Positions 10,547 through 22,392 of a stretch of DNA of 64,000 nt are shown here, piece by piece. The DNA is from a virus (Duplodnaviria; Caudoviricetes). The notes beneath the pieces were generated by a model. The model ran no database searches. It was not told where the DNA came from and saw only the letters and a program-made list of their open reading frames with translations. The stretch's first letter is position 1. Each line of letters begins with the position of its first letter. The translations under genes were made by a program, and so were the position numbers. The stretch is from the IMG/VR virus record IMGVR_UViG_3300029288_000077, positions 1-64,000 of that record, one strand, 5' to 3'.

Positions 10547-10813
10547 TTTCATCAAAGGTGGTAGTAAAATGAGACTGGCAATCTCCATTGAAGTTGGTCC
10601 TGATGATGGAAATGAAGAAGAGACTGTATTAGAATCAAAAAATATTATTTCTTCCTTGTTGCCGCACTCTAACAAATATGTTGTAAAGGCAGCTTTGGTT
10701 AGAGATGGAGATCGCAGCCAGGGTAATTTACTGTACCCAAAATTGGAAGGAAGATTTGGGCAACACTATAGGAATAAAAAGGTTGACATTAGAGAAATTC
10801 TAAAGAAGGAATA

Positions 10814-11821
10814 GTGGTGGTGTACGGGGACAAAAATTTATGTTTAGCGTGTGGTAAAGAGTATGTGTATAAGAATTGTGGTGCATGCAATAAAACGATA
10901 TGTGGATCATGTGCAGTAAACTTGAGAAGATTCAAAGTAAAGAGGACGATGCTCGAATATAAAGGTGGTAAGTGTCAAATTTGTGGTTTTGACAAGTATC
11001 TGGCGTCTTTGGCTTTCCATCACACAGCTAATGATAAATCGTTTGAGATATCTGGGGATCATTCAAGATCGTGGGAAAATATTAGAAAAGAATTAGACAA
11101 ATGTGTTCTATTGTGCCAAAATTGTCATGCAGAGGAACACGAAAGAATTGACATTATTAGACGTAAAGATGATCAAGACAGCAATAGAGTGTGTGCCACA
11201 TGTGGAAAACATTATAAATACTTCAGAGGGAACAGTAAAGGTCACATGGCTAGTATGTGCAATTCATGTTTATCCCACATAAAACGGGCTAAGTTTAAGA
11301 AAAAGGCGGTTGAGTACAAGGGAGAAAAATGCGAATGGTGTGGGTATAATAAAAACGCGTGTGCACTAACGTTTCATCATATTGAACCAAGCAAAAAAGA
11401 ATTCTCTTTAAGTGGAATGAAGAGCAAAAGTTGGGCTTCAGTCGAGAAAGAATTAGATAAGTGTCTGTTGCTGTGTTTTAATTGTCACCAGGAATTGCAC
11501 GCTCGTGAATCTAAATACTATAAATTCTACTACGGCGAGCTTGCCGACCCAGGAAGTACTGTCAAGCTATATAGGAAAACTGAAATAAAGGAATATGTAC
11601 CAAGGACCGGCATTTGTCCGGTATGTAATAAGTCTTTTACTGGGGACGGAAAGTACTGTTCCCACGAATGTGCTCATTTTGCCCAGAGAAAGGTAATTAG
11701 GCCATCGAAGGAAGAGTTAGAGAATTTATTGAAAGAGCACAGTTGCAGAGCGGTTGGTAAGATGTTTGGTGTATCCGATAAATGCATTTGCAAGTGGTTG
11801 AAGGTGTATAATAAGAATTAA
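10814..11821 (+). CDS. HNH homing endonuclease with two tandem HNH domains and C-terminal HTH
   Basis: two copies of YKG.KC..CG....L.FHH...KELDKC.LLC.NCH.E.H; C-terminal RAVGKMFGVSDK HTH. Confidence 0.85.
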   Translation: MVVYGDKNLCLACGKEYVYKNCGACNKTICGSCAVNLRRFKVKRTMLEYKGGKCQICGFDKYLASLAFHHTANDKSFEISGDHSRSWENIRKELDKCVLLCQNCHAEEHERIDIIRRKDDQDSNRVCATCGKHYKYFRGNSKGHMASMCNSCLSHIKRAKFKKKAVEYKGEKCEWCGYNKNACALTFHHIEPSKKEFSLSGMKSKSWASVEKELDKCLLLCFNCHQELHARESKYYKFYYGELADPGSTVKLYRKTEIKEYVPRTGICPVCNKSFTGDGKYCSHECAHFAQRKVIRPSKEELENLLKEHSCRAVGKMFGVSDKCICKWLKVYNKN

Positions 11822-11851
11822 CTTTCAAACCAACGATAGTATAATATAAGA

Positions 11852-12685
11852 GTGAAGTGCCTGGGTGGTGTAATGAGAAAAATAAGAAAATGTAAACTGT
11901 GTGGCAAAGATACGAGGAATCCGGTATACTGTTCTAGTAAGTGTTCTGTGTCTGACACCAACAAGCTTAGAAAAAATACAAACGATCACATATGCATAGA
12001 CTGTGGCGGTGAACTGCTGAATAAAAAGTCTGTGAGGTGTATGAATTGTTACCGCAAACACGTAAGGAAATATGATACTTGTGATAATAAGATAACTGAG
12101 TTATACGACAGTGGAATTGGGTGCAGAGAAGTCGCCAGGCAGTGTGGTGTTCCTGCATCACGTGTGTACAGGATCATAAAAAGAACAAGAGGGAAATTAA
12201 GAGACAGTGATCATTATATGCATAGACTAAGTGTTAATAATGGTATTAGTGAAATAAAATTTACTGCAAATGATGACAAACTACGCAAGGCTGCCGAAGA
12301 TTATTTGAAGTTTTTGTGCAGAATCTCTGGTTATAAATTTCTTGATCCTGATGAAAGTGAATCATATGATTTAATGGTAGATTTTGGTGGTGGTTGGAAG
12401 AAAGTGCAGGTGAAATCATCGTGTTGCAATAATGGTAAGAAAAATTACTATTTTAAATTGATAAAATGCAGAACTAACACAAAGGAGGTAAGAAAAATTA
12501 AATATACTGAGAGCGATGTTGATTACTTCTTTCTTATGGACAAGAATCTGAATTGTTGGTTAATACCCTTTAATAAATTGTGCTGTAAAGTCGGTGTTGT
12601 CCCTGGAGATGTATTTTCTGGTTTTAAGGTGGTATTGAATATGCCTGGGTACTCGAAAGGCACAGAGGCTACACTCAAAATGTAG
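11852..12685 (+). CDS. PD-(D/E)XK endonuclease with Zn-finger and HTH (likely start ATG 11873)
   Basis: YDLMVD...KKVQVKS, Y...DVDYF; N-terminal CxxC clusters; 3' end overlaps tRNA-Leu. Confidence 0.8.
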   Translation: MKCLGGVMRKIRKCKLCGKDTRNPVYCSSKCSVSDTNKLRKNTNDHICIDCGGELLNKKSVRCMNCYRKHVRKYDTCDNKITELYDSGIGCREVARQCGVPASRVYRIIKRTRGKLRDSDHYMHRLSVNNGISEIKFTANDDKLRKAAEDYLKFLCRISGYKFLDPDESESYDLMVDFGGGWKKVQVKSSCCNNGKKNYYFKLIKCRTNTKEVRKIKYTESDVDYFFLMDKNLNCWLIPFNKLCCKVGVVPGDVFSGFKVVLNMPGYSKGTEATLKM

Positions 12686-12723
12686 TTCCGAAAGGAGTGC
12701 GGGTTCGAATCCCGCCCCAGGCA
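12643..12723 (+). tRNA. tRNA-Leu(CAA)
   Basis: acceptor GCCTGGG/CCCAGGC, anticodon arm CTACA-CTCAAAA-TGTAG, variable arm TCC-GAAA-GGA, GGTTCGAATCC. Confidence 0.93.
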
Positions 12724-12728
12724 TTGTA

Positions 12729-12757
12729 TTGACTTGAAGTAGTTTTGATAGTATAAT
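12729..12757 (+). promoter_or_regulatory. sigma70-type promoter
   Basis: TTGACT-N17-TATAAT, then AAGGAG RBS for ORF 12775. Confidence 0.7.
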
Positions 12758-13858
12758 GTATAAGGAGTAGCAACATGAAAAAGAAAGCAGTTGTGGATCT
12801 AGAGAGCGTGCGTACAGCGGTGGCAGATTATATGGAAAGTGAGGGGTGTTCCTGTTGTAGGGACGTGGATAATCACAGCATACATAACGCTGTGCTTGCC
12901 AAGCTCCTTCATGTTAGAAAGTATAAGGACGGTTCTGGTTATGATTTTGGTAAGTACGTTTCTAAGAAGCGTTAGTGAGGTGTTTTATGGTTAGGTGGCT
13001 CAGTACTTTGAACAAAATCATACAAAGGATGGGTTACAGGACTGAATTTAGGCGGTGGACCTACAACACTGACAGACCGTTGCGAGGTACTAGACTTAGG
13101 CACATTGGTAAGGGAAGAAAAGGGTATAGGTTGGTGGTGAGGGATCCTGTCACCAACGAAGTGCTGCTTGATCATACTTCGTCTGAGACGTACAGAAGCA
13201 ACTCGGAAGTGATTGAGTGGATCGTAAAGCACGGAGGTACGGTGACATGATTGACCGTGAAACACTTTTGAATGCTGTTGGTGATTTTTCCTGGCTGTGG
13301 AACGACTGCTTCTTCATTGAGACAGAAGAGCACGGCAACTTTTTGTGGAGTGATCCAGAATACCGAGGTGACAACACCATACGAAAAACTGATATGTCAC
13401 TGAAGGAGTACTTGACTGTCGTGGGGGTGCCGTATGGACGTAGCAAAGGCAAGCACATCATCCGACGATACGTGGGTGAGGATGCGATTTGTGTTTAATT
13501 ATCAATTCTACAATTTGCTGGTTGGACAATTGCGGATGATCTGTTATCCGTATGTGGGTTTGACAGAGGATAGTATTAATGTTGGTGAGCTAATGGAAAA
13601 CGGAGATAGGATAGAACTTGTTTACAATTTGATGCCCTGTACGGATAAAAAACCGTTTATTATTTACATACTGGTATTGAACAAAGATTTGACACTGGAT
13701 GTAGAGTACGCCAAGAAAAATCCGCACGGCACTTTCGCGCTCGGTTCAAGGAAAAATAGGATGAGACAATCCTTGGCTATTGAAGATGTATACGAACTTT
13801 GGTCACAGTGGATTTTGCTGACTGGTGGAAAATATCATGTTTGGGATAATAAAGGAGG

Positions 13859-14188
13859 ATGATGCTAATGAACACTAAAATGATCAATAAGACCGTTCGT
13901 GAGGCATGCTGGAAGTGCGAGGGAAGTGGAAAAATCAGGATTGGTAAGTCTTGGGAGTTGCATGAATGCGATAATTGTCACGGTACTGGTTTTGAACCCC
14001 CACGGCGTGCAGACGACGAGGAAGACTGCCCGCATTGTAGAGGTACTGGTCGTATCAAGAAGCAACACAGAGATCAACCCGCAGATTACAATAATGTTAA
14101 GAAAACCATATATACATGCCCAAGTAAGTCTATATCGGTGGACTCTTGGAAAGAACCATTTAACAGTCCAAACAAGGCACTGAAATAG
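13859..14188 (+). CDS. DnaJ-type zinc-finger protein
   Basis: three CxxCxGxG repeats. Confidence 0.7.
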   Translation: MMLMNTKMINKTVREACWKCEGSGKIRIGKSWELHECDNCHGTGFEPPRRADDEEDCPHCRGTGRIKKQHRDQPADYNNVKKTIYTCPSKSISVDSWKEPFNSPNKALK

Positions 14189-14456
14189 CAGTGAGGTGTG
14201 TGATGTACGAATACCATATTGAGAACACTGTTTGGATTACAGTAAATGATTTGGAACTTGATGGCAAAGACAATACCATTAAAGTTCCTGTATCTTTCCC
14301 TTTGAGAAGCATAAGGATGTTGCGTAATGACACTTTTAATGGAAAACCGTGTTGTACTATTTTACTATCAAAGGATGGAGTTGCTGATAGGATTGATTCT
14401 GACACTACCAGGGAAGAATTGATGAAGATCATTACTATGTGCATTGAAGGAAAGAA

Positions 14457-14669
14457 ATGAGTACTAGATATACAGTAACATTTGATGATGTTCTTGAACA
14501 ACAAATTAACGCACTTGCCAAAGAGTGTGGGATGAAAAAATTGGTCTTTCTAAGGTATGCGCTATCTATGGGTGTACACATAATCGATAACAACATCGAA
14601 CTGTATACTAAGAAAGGTGATGAATTGGTTAGTCTTGAATTTGTTGGAATGCCAAAGAGGAGAACATGA
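14457..14669 (+). CDS. ribbon-helix-helix-like DNA-binding protein
   Basis: RYTVTFDD..EQQINALAKECGM...FLRYAL pattern. Confidence 0.5.
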   Translation: MSTRYTVTFDDVLEQQINALAKECGMKKLVFLRYALSMGVHIIDNNIELYTKKGDELVSLEFVGMPKRRT

Positions 14670-15214
14670 TTTGGTTCACTGCAGATACCCACTTTTCTCA
14701 CAGAAATATTCTGAGATTCTGTGAACGTCCTTTTCCTAATATCCACGAACATGATGAAGCACTAATCAAGAACTGGAACGAGTGTGTTTCAGAGAATGAT
14801 ACTGTGTACCATCTTGGTGACTTTGGATACCGTGCTTCGAGAAAATACTTAATTGGTGTGGTAGAAAGGCTGCATGGTAAAATCATGTTGGTGAAAGGTA
14901 GCCACGACAAAAAGTTGGTGCGAGGAGATTTGGCAGCCAAATTTCATGCAATACACGATTATGGCGTAGAAGTGATCCTTGACAGCCAATTAATAATTCT
15001 ATGTCATTATCCTATTTTCAAGTGGTGTAAATCATACTACGGTTCGTGGCAATTGCATGGACACTGCCACGGTAAAATTGAAGCAGATAATGTAGGTTTA
15101 TGCAGGATGGATGTCGGTGTGGATGTGTACAATTATAGACCAATTAGCTTTGAAGAGGTACAACGAATCATGGAGTTGAAGAGGTCTAGGAAAGTGTTGG
15201 TGCAGGAGGATTGA
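14666..15214 (+). CDS. calcineurin-like metallophosphoesterase
   Basis: ADTHFSH, HLGDF, GSHD, CHYP, LHGHCH, DVGVD. Confidence 0.9.
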   Translation: MIWFTADTHFSHRNILRFCERPFPNIHEHDEALIKNWNECVSENDTVYHLGDFGYRASRKYLIGVVERLHGKIMLVKGSHDKKLVRGDLAAKFHAIHDYGVEVILDSQLIILCHYPIFKWCKSYYGSWQLHGHCHGKIEADNVGLCRMDVGVDVYNYRPISFEEVQRIMELKRSRKVLVQED

Positions 15215-15417
15215 TGGGATCTTATATTGTGGTTGCAGCCTCAAATGATTCTTCTTTGCTAGCAAATGAAATCATGCAGGCTGTTTGCAAGGAATTTGGT
15301 GGTAAAGGCGGCGGTAGACAAGACTTTGCCCAGGGTGGTGGTATGCAGGAATTTGATGTAGAAAAAACGTGTGCTATTATAGAAGAGTACCTAAAAACAA
15401 AAAAGGAACATAAATGA
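15211..15417 (+). CDS. stand-alone DHHA1 / AlaRS C-terminal-like domain
   Basis: A.EI...V...FGGKGGGRQDFAQGGG signature. Confidence 0.75.
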   Translation: MMGSYIVVAASNDSSLLANEIMQAVCKEFGGKGGGRQDFAQGGGMQEFDVEKTCAIIEEYLKTKKEHK

Positions 15418-16926
15418 GCACGTCCTATGATTGGAAGACCTACACGTTAGAATGTAACTGCCTCTCACCAGAACACATCTTACGTTTTTACTTTGATCCG
15501 GACGATAAGTGGATTAGTATGACGTATCATTTATATATGCCCGATTCATTTTTCAAGCGGGTATGGTATGCGATTAAGTACATTTTTGGTCACAGACGGC
15601 ACTTTGGTTATTTCTCAGACACCTTGCTGATGGCCGATGACATTAAGAAGTTTAAGGAGTATATAGATGCGTGCTATGTTGTGCTTGAGAACCCCACTCC
15701 GCGTATGCCCATTCATGGTGAGAAGGTAGCTAAATAGTATGACCAAAGAACAAATTACGGCGATGTTTGATGCAAATTATGGGAGACTGAAGTCTGACCC
15801 AGAGGAAATTGGCCTCGGTGCTTTTGATGAAACTATTTGGGACGCTAGAGCGTTTTTCTTGAACGTGTGTGAGATTTTGAATGGAGTTGGTCTTACTGAT
15901 GCTCCGTTGCCCGTTATAGGTCCAGCAGGCAAGGGGTCAATAGACTTTCATTGGAAGCAGGATAAATTTGAGTTGCTGATAAATTATTCAATGGAAGGTA
16001 ATATCGACTTTTACGCCGACAACTACAAGGATTCAAAGATACAAGGTTGCTGTACTAAAGAGGTATTCTTTTCTATTCTAAATATGTGGAGAGGGAGGAT
16101 TGAATGCAACTAAGAAAAGTCAAATTTCCTAATTCAGATAAGTTTTATTTTGAGAAAGTTATTAATGTAGGTAGCACAGTTTGGTACATAGCTGCGCCTG
16201 GGTTGTTCGTAAAATGTAAGGTAACAGAAATAGAAACATATTTTAGAGATACTTCTCCAGGATCATACCTATTTTATGATATTGATGAGCCTGTGGGGCA
16301 TAGCGTGGGGGGAGATGAGTTATTTCCATCATTAGAAGCTGCAGTCAGTTTTTTCATTGACCGCCTGCAAAATGGTTTCCGAGATCTGTTAAAAGAAGGG
16401 TGTCCTAGCATTCTCCCGGAAAATCTGTCACTAGATAATGAAAGAAAGAAAGATATAGATTTTATTAGGAGTACACAGGGAAAACACGCTGCACCGCTAG
16501 AAGAATGGGCCATACACTACCCGAAGAAAGAACGAGGAGTAGACTGGTTTACTGTTTGGGATCTCGTAACGGAGGAGATATGAATATTACGAATAAAGAA
16601 AAGGACGTAGAATTCGAGTACGAAGATAATGTAAATCTCTTCTATTGTGAAAGGTGTCACAGATTCCTGATTACTGAATTTGACGACAAGGAGCCCAGAG
16701 AGTGTTTCTGTTCTTGTGAGCACGGGAAAGGTATAATGAAACCTATTCTAGCATGCGACGATTTTGAGCTAAGAAGAAACCTGCAGGACGTGATGAATCA
16801 ACTGAATGATTTGATCTCGTTTAGGATCGCGCTGTCGGCAACGGCTTGTGACGAGTGCGAGGAGCAGAACGATGACCCAGGATCTGCGGGATATAAGAAC
16901 TAAAACGTTTAACTTGGAGAGGCTGC

Positions 16927-17256
16927 ATGAGTATAAAGATATCTAGCATTCTAAAGATTGTTGGTATATCTATTGGTATTTTAGCTGGACTCGCTGGTAT
17001 TGGTTATGGTACCTATTGGCGTCTAACACATTTGTGCGTAGAGTGGGAGACGGTGCCTACTGGAGAAAAATGCGTAGACTGGAAAACCACGCACCACATG
17101 TGTACTACTACTGACTATAATGGGCACATAAAGTTTGGTACGTGTAGCGAAACGCACTGTGTACGATATGTTCCCTGCAAGGAGTGCATTCGAATAGAGC
17201 ATGTCGATAATGCTCCTGCTGAACTAGAAAAACCCCAAGACAGGTGTGGGTGGTGA
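16927..17256 (+). CDS. membrane-anchored Cys-rich protein
   Basis: N-terminal hydrophobic helix then multiple Cys. Confidence 0.5.
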   Translation: MSIKISSILKIVGISIGILAGLAGIGYGTYWRLTHLCVEWETVPTGEKCVDWKTTHHMCTTTDYNGHIKFGTCSETHCVRYVPCKECIRIEHVDNAPAELEKPQDRCGW

Positions 17257-20200
17257 AATGAAGAGAAATGCAGATTTGGAGCCCGTTCTTGCTGACATTT
17301 TCTGTTCTGATAAGAGCATAGAAATAAAGGAATTATACGTCAAAGCAACTATTCTAACGGAGAAGTACCCAGGATGCCCAGCAGAATGGTACCATGGCAT
17401 AGATATATCCGGTAAGGCTGAAATAAAAATACCGTCAGAAAGTACTGTGTCTGTTGAAGCTCTTCTTAACAAGGTGTTCTCTGTAAAAATAGAATTAGAA
17501 GATAAGCGTGTAATTTTGCTATGTGACTGTTTAGCCGGTTCCTGTAGCCGCGTCTGTGAAATTGATAAGATTTCAGAGTGCTCCATAGAATTTGTCGCTA
17601 GAAGCATCAGCCCTGCATTCGATTGCGGATTTGAGCAACTATTTATACAACGAGAAAAGGCCAGGAATAGCTCCTCTGCTGTAGTTCGAGATTCAATTTC
17701 TCCGTCCAAGGATGGCAAGTCAGATAATGTTACTGTGGGTGGTCCTATGAATACCGCTACCAGTAACGATAGCCTGTCGGTGTTCGTTAAGCCAAGCTCC
17801 CTGGTGCAATACCTCGAACTCTGGTGGGATATGACATACGGCGGCATGGAAGATCCTGTACTACTTGAGTTTGAAAAAATGCTGAATGTGTTATATGACG
17901 CGTTCCCTGAAGGAGACAAACAGGAGCTTGATAGCATAGTAAAGTTGCTGAAAAGGAGACGCCCAATGGACTGTACTGAAAAAGTTGTTCCCTTTACTTC
18001 TCCGTTCAGTGGAGTAACACATGATTGGTTTAGGTTGGTGAAGGGAAAGTACAAGACCAAAGTGGGAGAAATAGAGAGCGTAAATGAGGATCAAGGATCT
18101 TATAACGTAAGAATCTGCGCTTCTTTCCCTGAAAATTGTAATTATACATTCGAATTGCTCAATGCGGATATTAGTGAAAAGGATCTGCCTCTAAAAATCA
18201 ACGATGCGGTGTGTATAATCGAGGGTTTAGTAGATCACATTAGAGACGGTCATTTGACAGGTCAACGTTCGAGGATTTATATGGTAGAAGTAAAACACAT
18301 TGGAAGTATCATAGACGAAGACAATCCTGCTAATTGTAAGTGTGGGTTATAAGGAGTAATATCATGGAAGAACTATCACGGTGCCCGAATTGTAAAAACG
18401 ATTCATTCCTAATTATTTTTGGAGAAATTGAATGGGACAAGTCCTATGTGATGTGGTGTTCTTCTTGCGGATTGGTACGAGTAGTTACTAACAAGAAGGA
18501 CTTCACTAAAGAACAAAAAGAAAAGTACAAAACGGCTTCTAGAATTACCAACTTTTACATTACGCAAGAAGGTATGGATGTTTCAGATTCTGGTAAAAAA
18601 ATATTAGATGAATCATACTCAATTGAAGAGGTCGATGTAGAAATCCGTAAAGCTGGAGGAGATCCAGAAGCAATAGGCAAACGTGGTGAAGAAGAAGTAC
18701 AAAAGATTCTTGAGAGACACAAGAAGTTTATGCGTGGTGACGAAAGCGATACGATTCCATTAGAAGAAGCATTAGGTATCATGGATAAGGAAACAGAAAA
18801 AAGAGTGTATGAACAAGGTCGGGCTGGTAAAAGCAGACGAAAATGACCAGTAAAGACAACAGAACACACTGCGGTTGGTGCAAAAGAAGGGTGCGAAAAG
18901 TGTACTCTGTGTGGGACTGGTGGGTATGTATATTTTGTGTGCGTGAATTACAGAAAGACTCTGTGCCTCCAAGTTACAGAAATAGAGACAAGCAAGGAAG
19001 ATTTTGCAGGTAAGGAAACAGTTAAAAAGATAAGAGGTAATAAATGAGCACTGCAATGATCTTGTACATAATCTCTCTTGTGTGCTACTTTTCGGCGCAG
19101 GCTCTTGTTGCAACTATACCTGTAAATGAAGTGCACATTAAGTATCACTACAAGAAATTTGTGGTCCTTTTTCTTGTAGTAGGATTTCTTGGCACCGGAA
19201 CTGCAGGGTTGTTTATGACAGATTGGGCATAAAGTGATAGCCAAATATCCACCACTTGGACCATTGTTGGTTGATGATCCTTTATACAGCAAATTTAGAA
19301 TCAAAGGTGAGTTCATAGATCGTTGGGTATTTAACGAAGAAAAAGCACTAATAGAGCTATTAAATGAGGGAGTGTGCTTCTTCGGTTCTAGTTGGGATCC
19401 GCACAAAGACACGTCCGAAGAAGGCGCATTTCTTTGTATTGGCGTGTTCCTGAACATGAATGATACATTCGGTTGGGCCACCGCAGAGGGGGAATCTTTT
19501 GATCATTATGATGTTGAAGATATTTATAGGTTGTGGAAGAGCAAGGGTGGAGACGGAGTAGTTGAGTGGGTTTGTCTCAAGCGTAAATTGCAACCTATTA
19601 GACCAGTAAAAGATAGCATGATTAAAGCGGGTCATTGGACGGAAGAACTGGAAAAATTACCAGAGAATGGGAGGTAAAATGGAAGAACAATTTTACAAGG
19701 CAAGCTTTCTTCCGTTCTGGTGGCGAGTATACTTTTTCTTTAGAAATATCTTAGTAAAACTTCACATTCTAAAACCTATTAATTGGATGTTTTATGAAAA
19801 AGAAGGGGTTGCCATAGGAAGTCTGCAATCCGTGCGGGTTGTTGGTGGAGGCAGAAAAAGAATAAGGCGAGGATTAAAAAAATGCCTATAATTTCAACAC
19901 CTGGGTTAGAAGACGCCTGGAAAGATATATCTATAGCCCGCATAAAAGAGGCAGAAAAATTGTGTGAAATTATAGAAAGCGGAGATAAAGGTACAGTACG
20001 AGGCACTTATATGGGAACCTGGCGTGTAATGGAACAGTTTGAAAATATAGCCCAAATGCAACCTGTTTTTGCCGGAGAGCTAATTTCGAAATCGTATACA
20101 AAAATGCTGGTAAAAGCAGGGTTAGTAGGAAAAGACAATAATGGCGATTATATCTTAACCGAGGATGGTGCAGCGATGTGGAAGTTGTTTAAAAGGATAA

Positions 20201-20431
20201 AGTAATGAGTAAATTTATTATAAGACTCACCACAAAAGATTTTCTAGACGCAATTGAACGAGAACAAGACCCTGTTAACAAAATACTGTTAAAGATCATA
20301 CTTGAGAGTATGGAAGAAGAGAGTGTGCGTGAATTTAGGAAAACGATGGGAGAAATTGAAAAAGGGTGTGCAGAAACCCACATAGATTTCAATAATTATC
20401 TGTTTTTTTGCGAACAGAATGGAGAAGTAAA

Positions 20432-20950
20432 ATGCCAAGAGAAATAGAACGTAAATTCTTGCTAAAAAATTTTAACAAGAAACTGATAAAGCCAATGTAT
20501 CCGTGCCCGGAGGTGATTACCCAAGGGTACATAATTAGTGATGAAGAAATAGCTGTACGTATCCGCTCCATTAAAGATTGTTCATACGGAGTGTTGTGCA
20601 TAAAGCGCGCATATAATGAATTCGAACGTTCCGAAATAGAAATAACTATTCCACATTTGAATCAAGTAAAATCTCTTATGAACATGTGCAGCCACGTATT
20701 GAAGAAAAGTAGGGTTAAAGTAAAAGTGGGTAAGCACATTTGGGACATAGACACTTTTATGGGTGACAACAAAGGACTGGTGCTGGCAGAGGTAGAATTG
20801 AAACGAGTAAACGAGAAGTTTAAATGGCCAACTTGGGTGCGCCCAGAAGATGAAGTTACCAACAGTCCGTTTTATTTGAATTGTAATTTGGCAAAATATC
20901 CATACAAATCAGGTCTTCTTAAAATACACCCATTTGATCACGAGCTTTAA
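20432..20950 (+). CDS. CYTH domain protein (triphosphate tunnel metalloenzyme)
   Basis: MPREIERKFL, ITQGY, VRIR, LVLAEVEL, EVT..PFYLN..LA. Confidence 0.9.
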   Translation: MPREIERKFLLKNFNKKLIKPMYPCPEVITQGYIISDEEIAVRIRSIKDCSYGVLCIKRAYNEFERSEIEITIPHLNQVKSLMNMCSHVLKKSRVKVKVGKHIWDIDTFMGDNKGLVLAEVELKRVNEKFKWPTWVRPEDEVTNSPFYLNCNLAKYPYKSGLLKIHPFDHEL

Positions 20951-22125
20951 CTGCCCCGAGGAGCCTGCATGGAACTTTTTGTGATTGGTGCGTGTATGAT
21001 TTTATTTACCGGAGTATTCGGTTTAGCTGGGTTTATTGGGGTACTTTTGTATATTCCGATTAACATTAGCACTAAAATAATCTTTGCAGACGAGTTCGAG
21101 GAGGTCTAACATGCCACGTTGGCAAAAACTCTGTAAGCCCGGTGAACAGCCATCTGAGTTCTACGACAATAAGGAATTCGAGAGGCGATTTAACATCAAG
21201 TCCGGTTTTGGTCCATTAGACGAAACCGGGCAGATGAGGTGGAACCGTTGTTGGTCGTGCCTGCCTAAAGAGTGGGAACGCGGTGTAGATTGGCTGTTAG
21301 CTAAAATTAGATTTAAATACCGATTGGAAACGCTGGAGGATCCTGAAAACTCTAGTGAAGTGCAGGTTATAGTTTCTCAAGCAAAAGATAAATATGGATC
21401 TTTAAGATTTTACTTTGATCTTCAGAACCTAGATAATTATGAGGAAGCGTACAAAGAGATAGAAGGTTGGATTGACGAGTGCGAAAAAATGCTGAAGGAG
21501 GATGACCTTTACTATGGAATCCCTTACTGAAATAGAAGAGCTGGATGAAAAACTGTGGAAAGAGTACTTGGGTGGCCTAGAAAAAGCCAAAGCAGAAAAA
21601 ATGATAAGAAACTTTCGCGTGTTTGACTACGAAAAGAGAATCGTAGAGATACAACCATACTTTTCTGTGCGTCCGTTGATTAGGGTGTCTTGGACAACTG
21701 AGGAGATAACGAAATGAGCGATGAAGTGGTGTTACTTACAATAGACGAATGGACAAACCCAGACAAGTGTTCACCGGTAGAAATAGCAGTAGCTGAAGCT
21801 ATTTTACAAGGCAAAGGACCAGATGATGTACCAGATCGTGACCGAGAAGACTCACTACTTATGGAACTAGCTATGCGCGCCTGTTGGACGAATTGTACCG
21901 TTCTTGAGACATGTAAAGGTAGAGGGCACAAGTTGTGTAGGACTTGTAACAGACGGGATAAGTCATGAGCAATCTGTGGCTAAATCTTAGGATCTGGTGT
22001 TATCACATTCAATTTGGTGATCCTAAATGGTGGAGTATTTATATACGTAAAAATCCTGTGCACGAAAATAAACCAATTTACTCTATTAAACTGCATGAAT
22101 TACGTTGGCCTTGGTAGGTAACTAA

Positions 22126-22392
22126 ATGGCAGCCACACATCTTTCCAAAGCAAAGCGTATATTTAAGAAACCTTACAATAGAGTATTTACATTTGAAAAA
22201 GACGGTACGGTGTCAGCATCCGTTCTAGAATTTGTTGGGTGTTATACTTTTGGTAAAACCTTAGAAGAAGCTAATAGCTATCTTCAAGAAGCCGCTGAGT
22301 GCTGGGTTGCTGCCTGTTTGTCGATGAAACAATTTGTACCAGGACCGATTAGAGACTTCTATGGTGTTCAAAAGAAGTTGGGTATGAAATAA
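22126..22392 (+). CDS. HicB-like antitoxin domain protein
   Basis: ASVLEFVGCYTFGKTLEEA...LQEA..W......VPGP. Confidence 0.75.
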   Translation: MAATHLSKAKRIFKKPYNRVFTFEKDGTVSASVLEFVGCYTFGKTLEEANSYLQEAAECWVAACLSMKQFVPGPIRDFYGVQKKLGMK

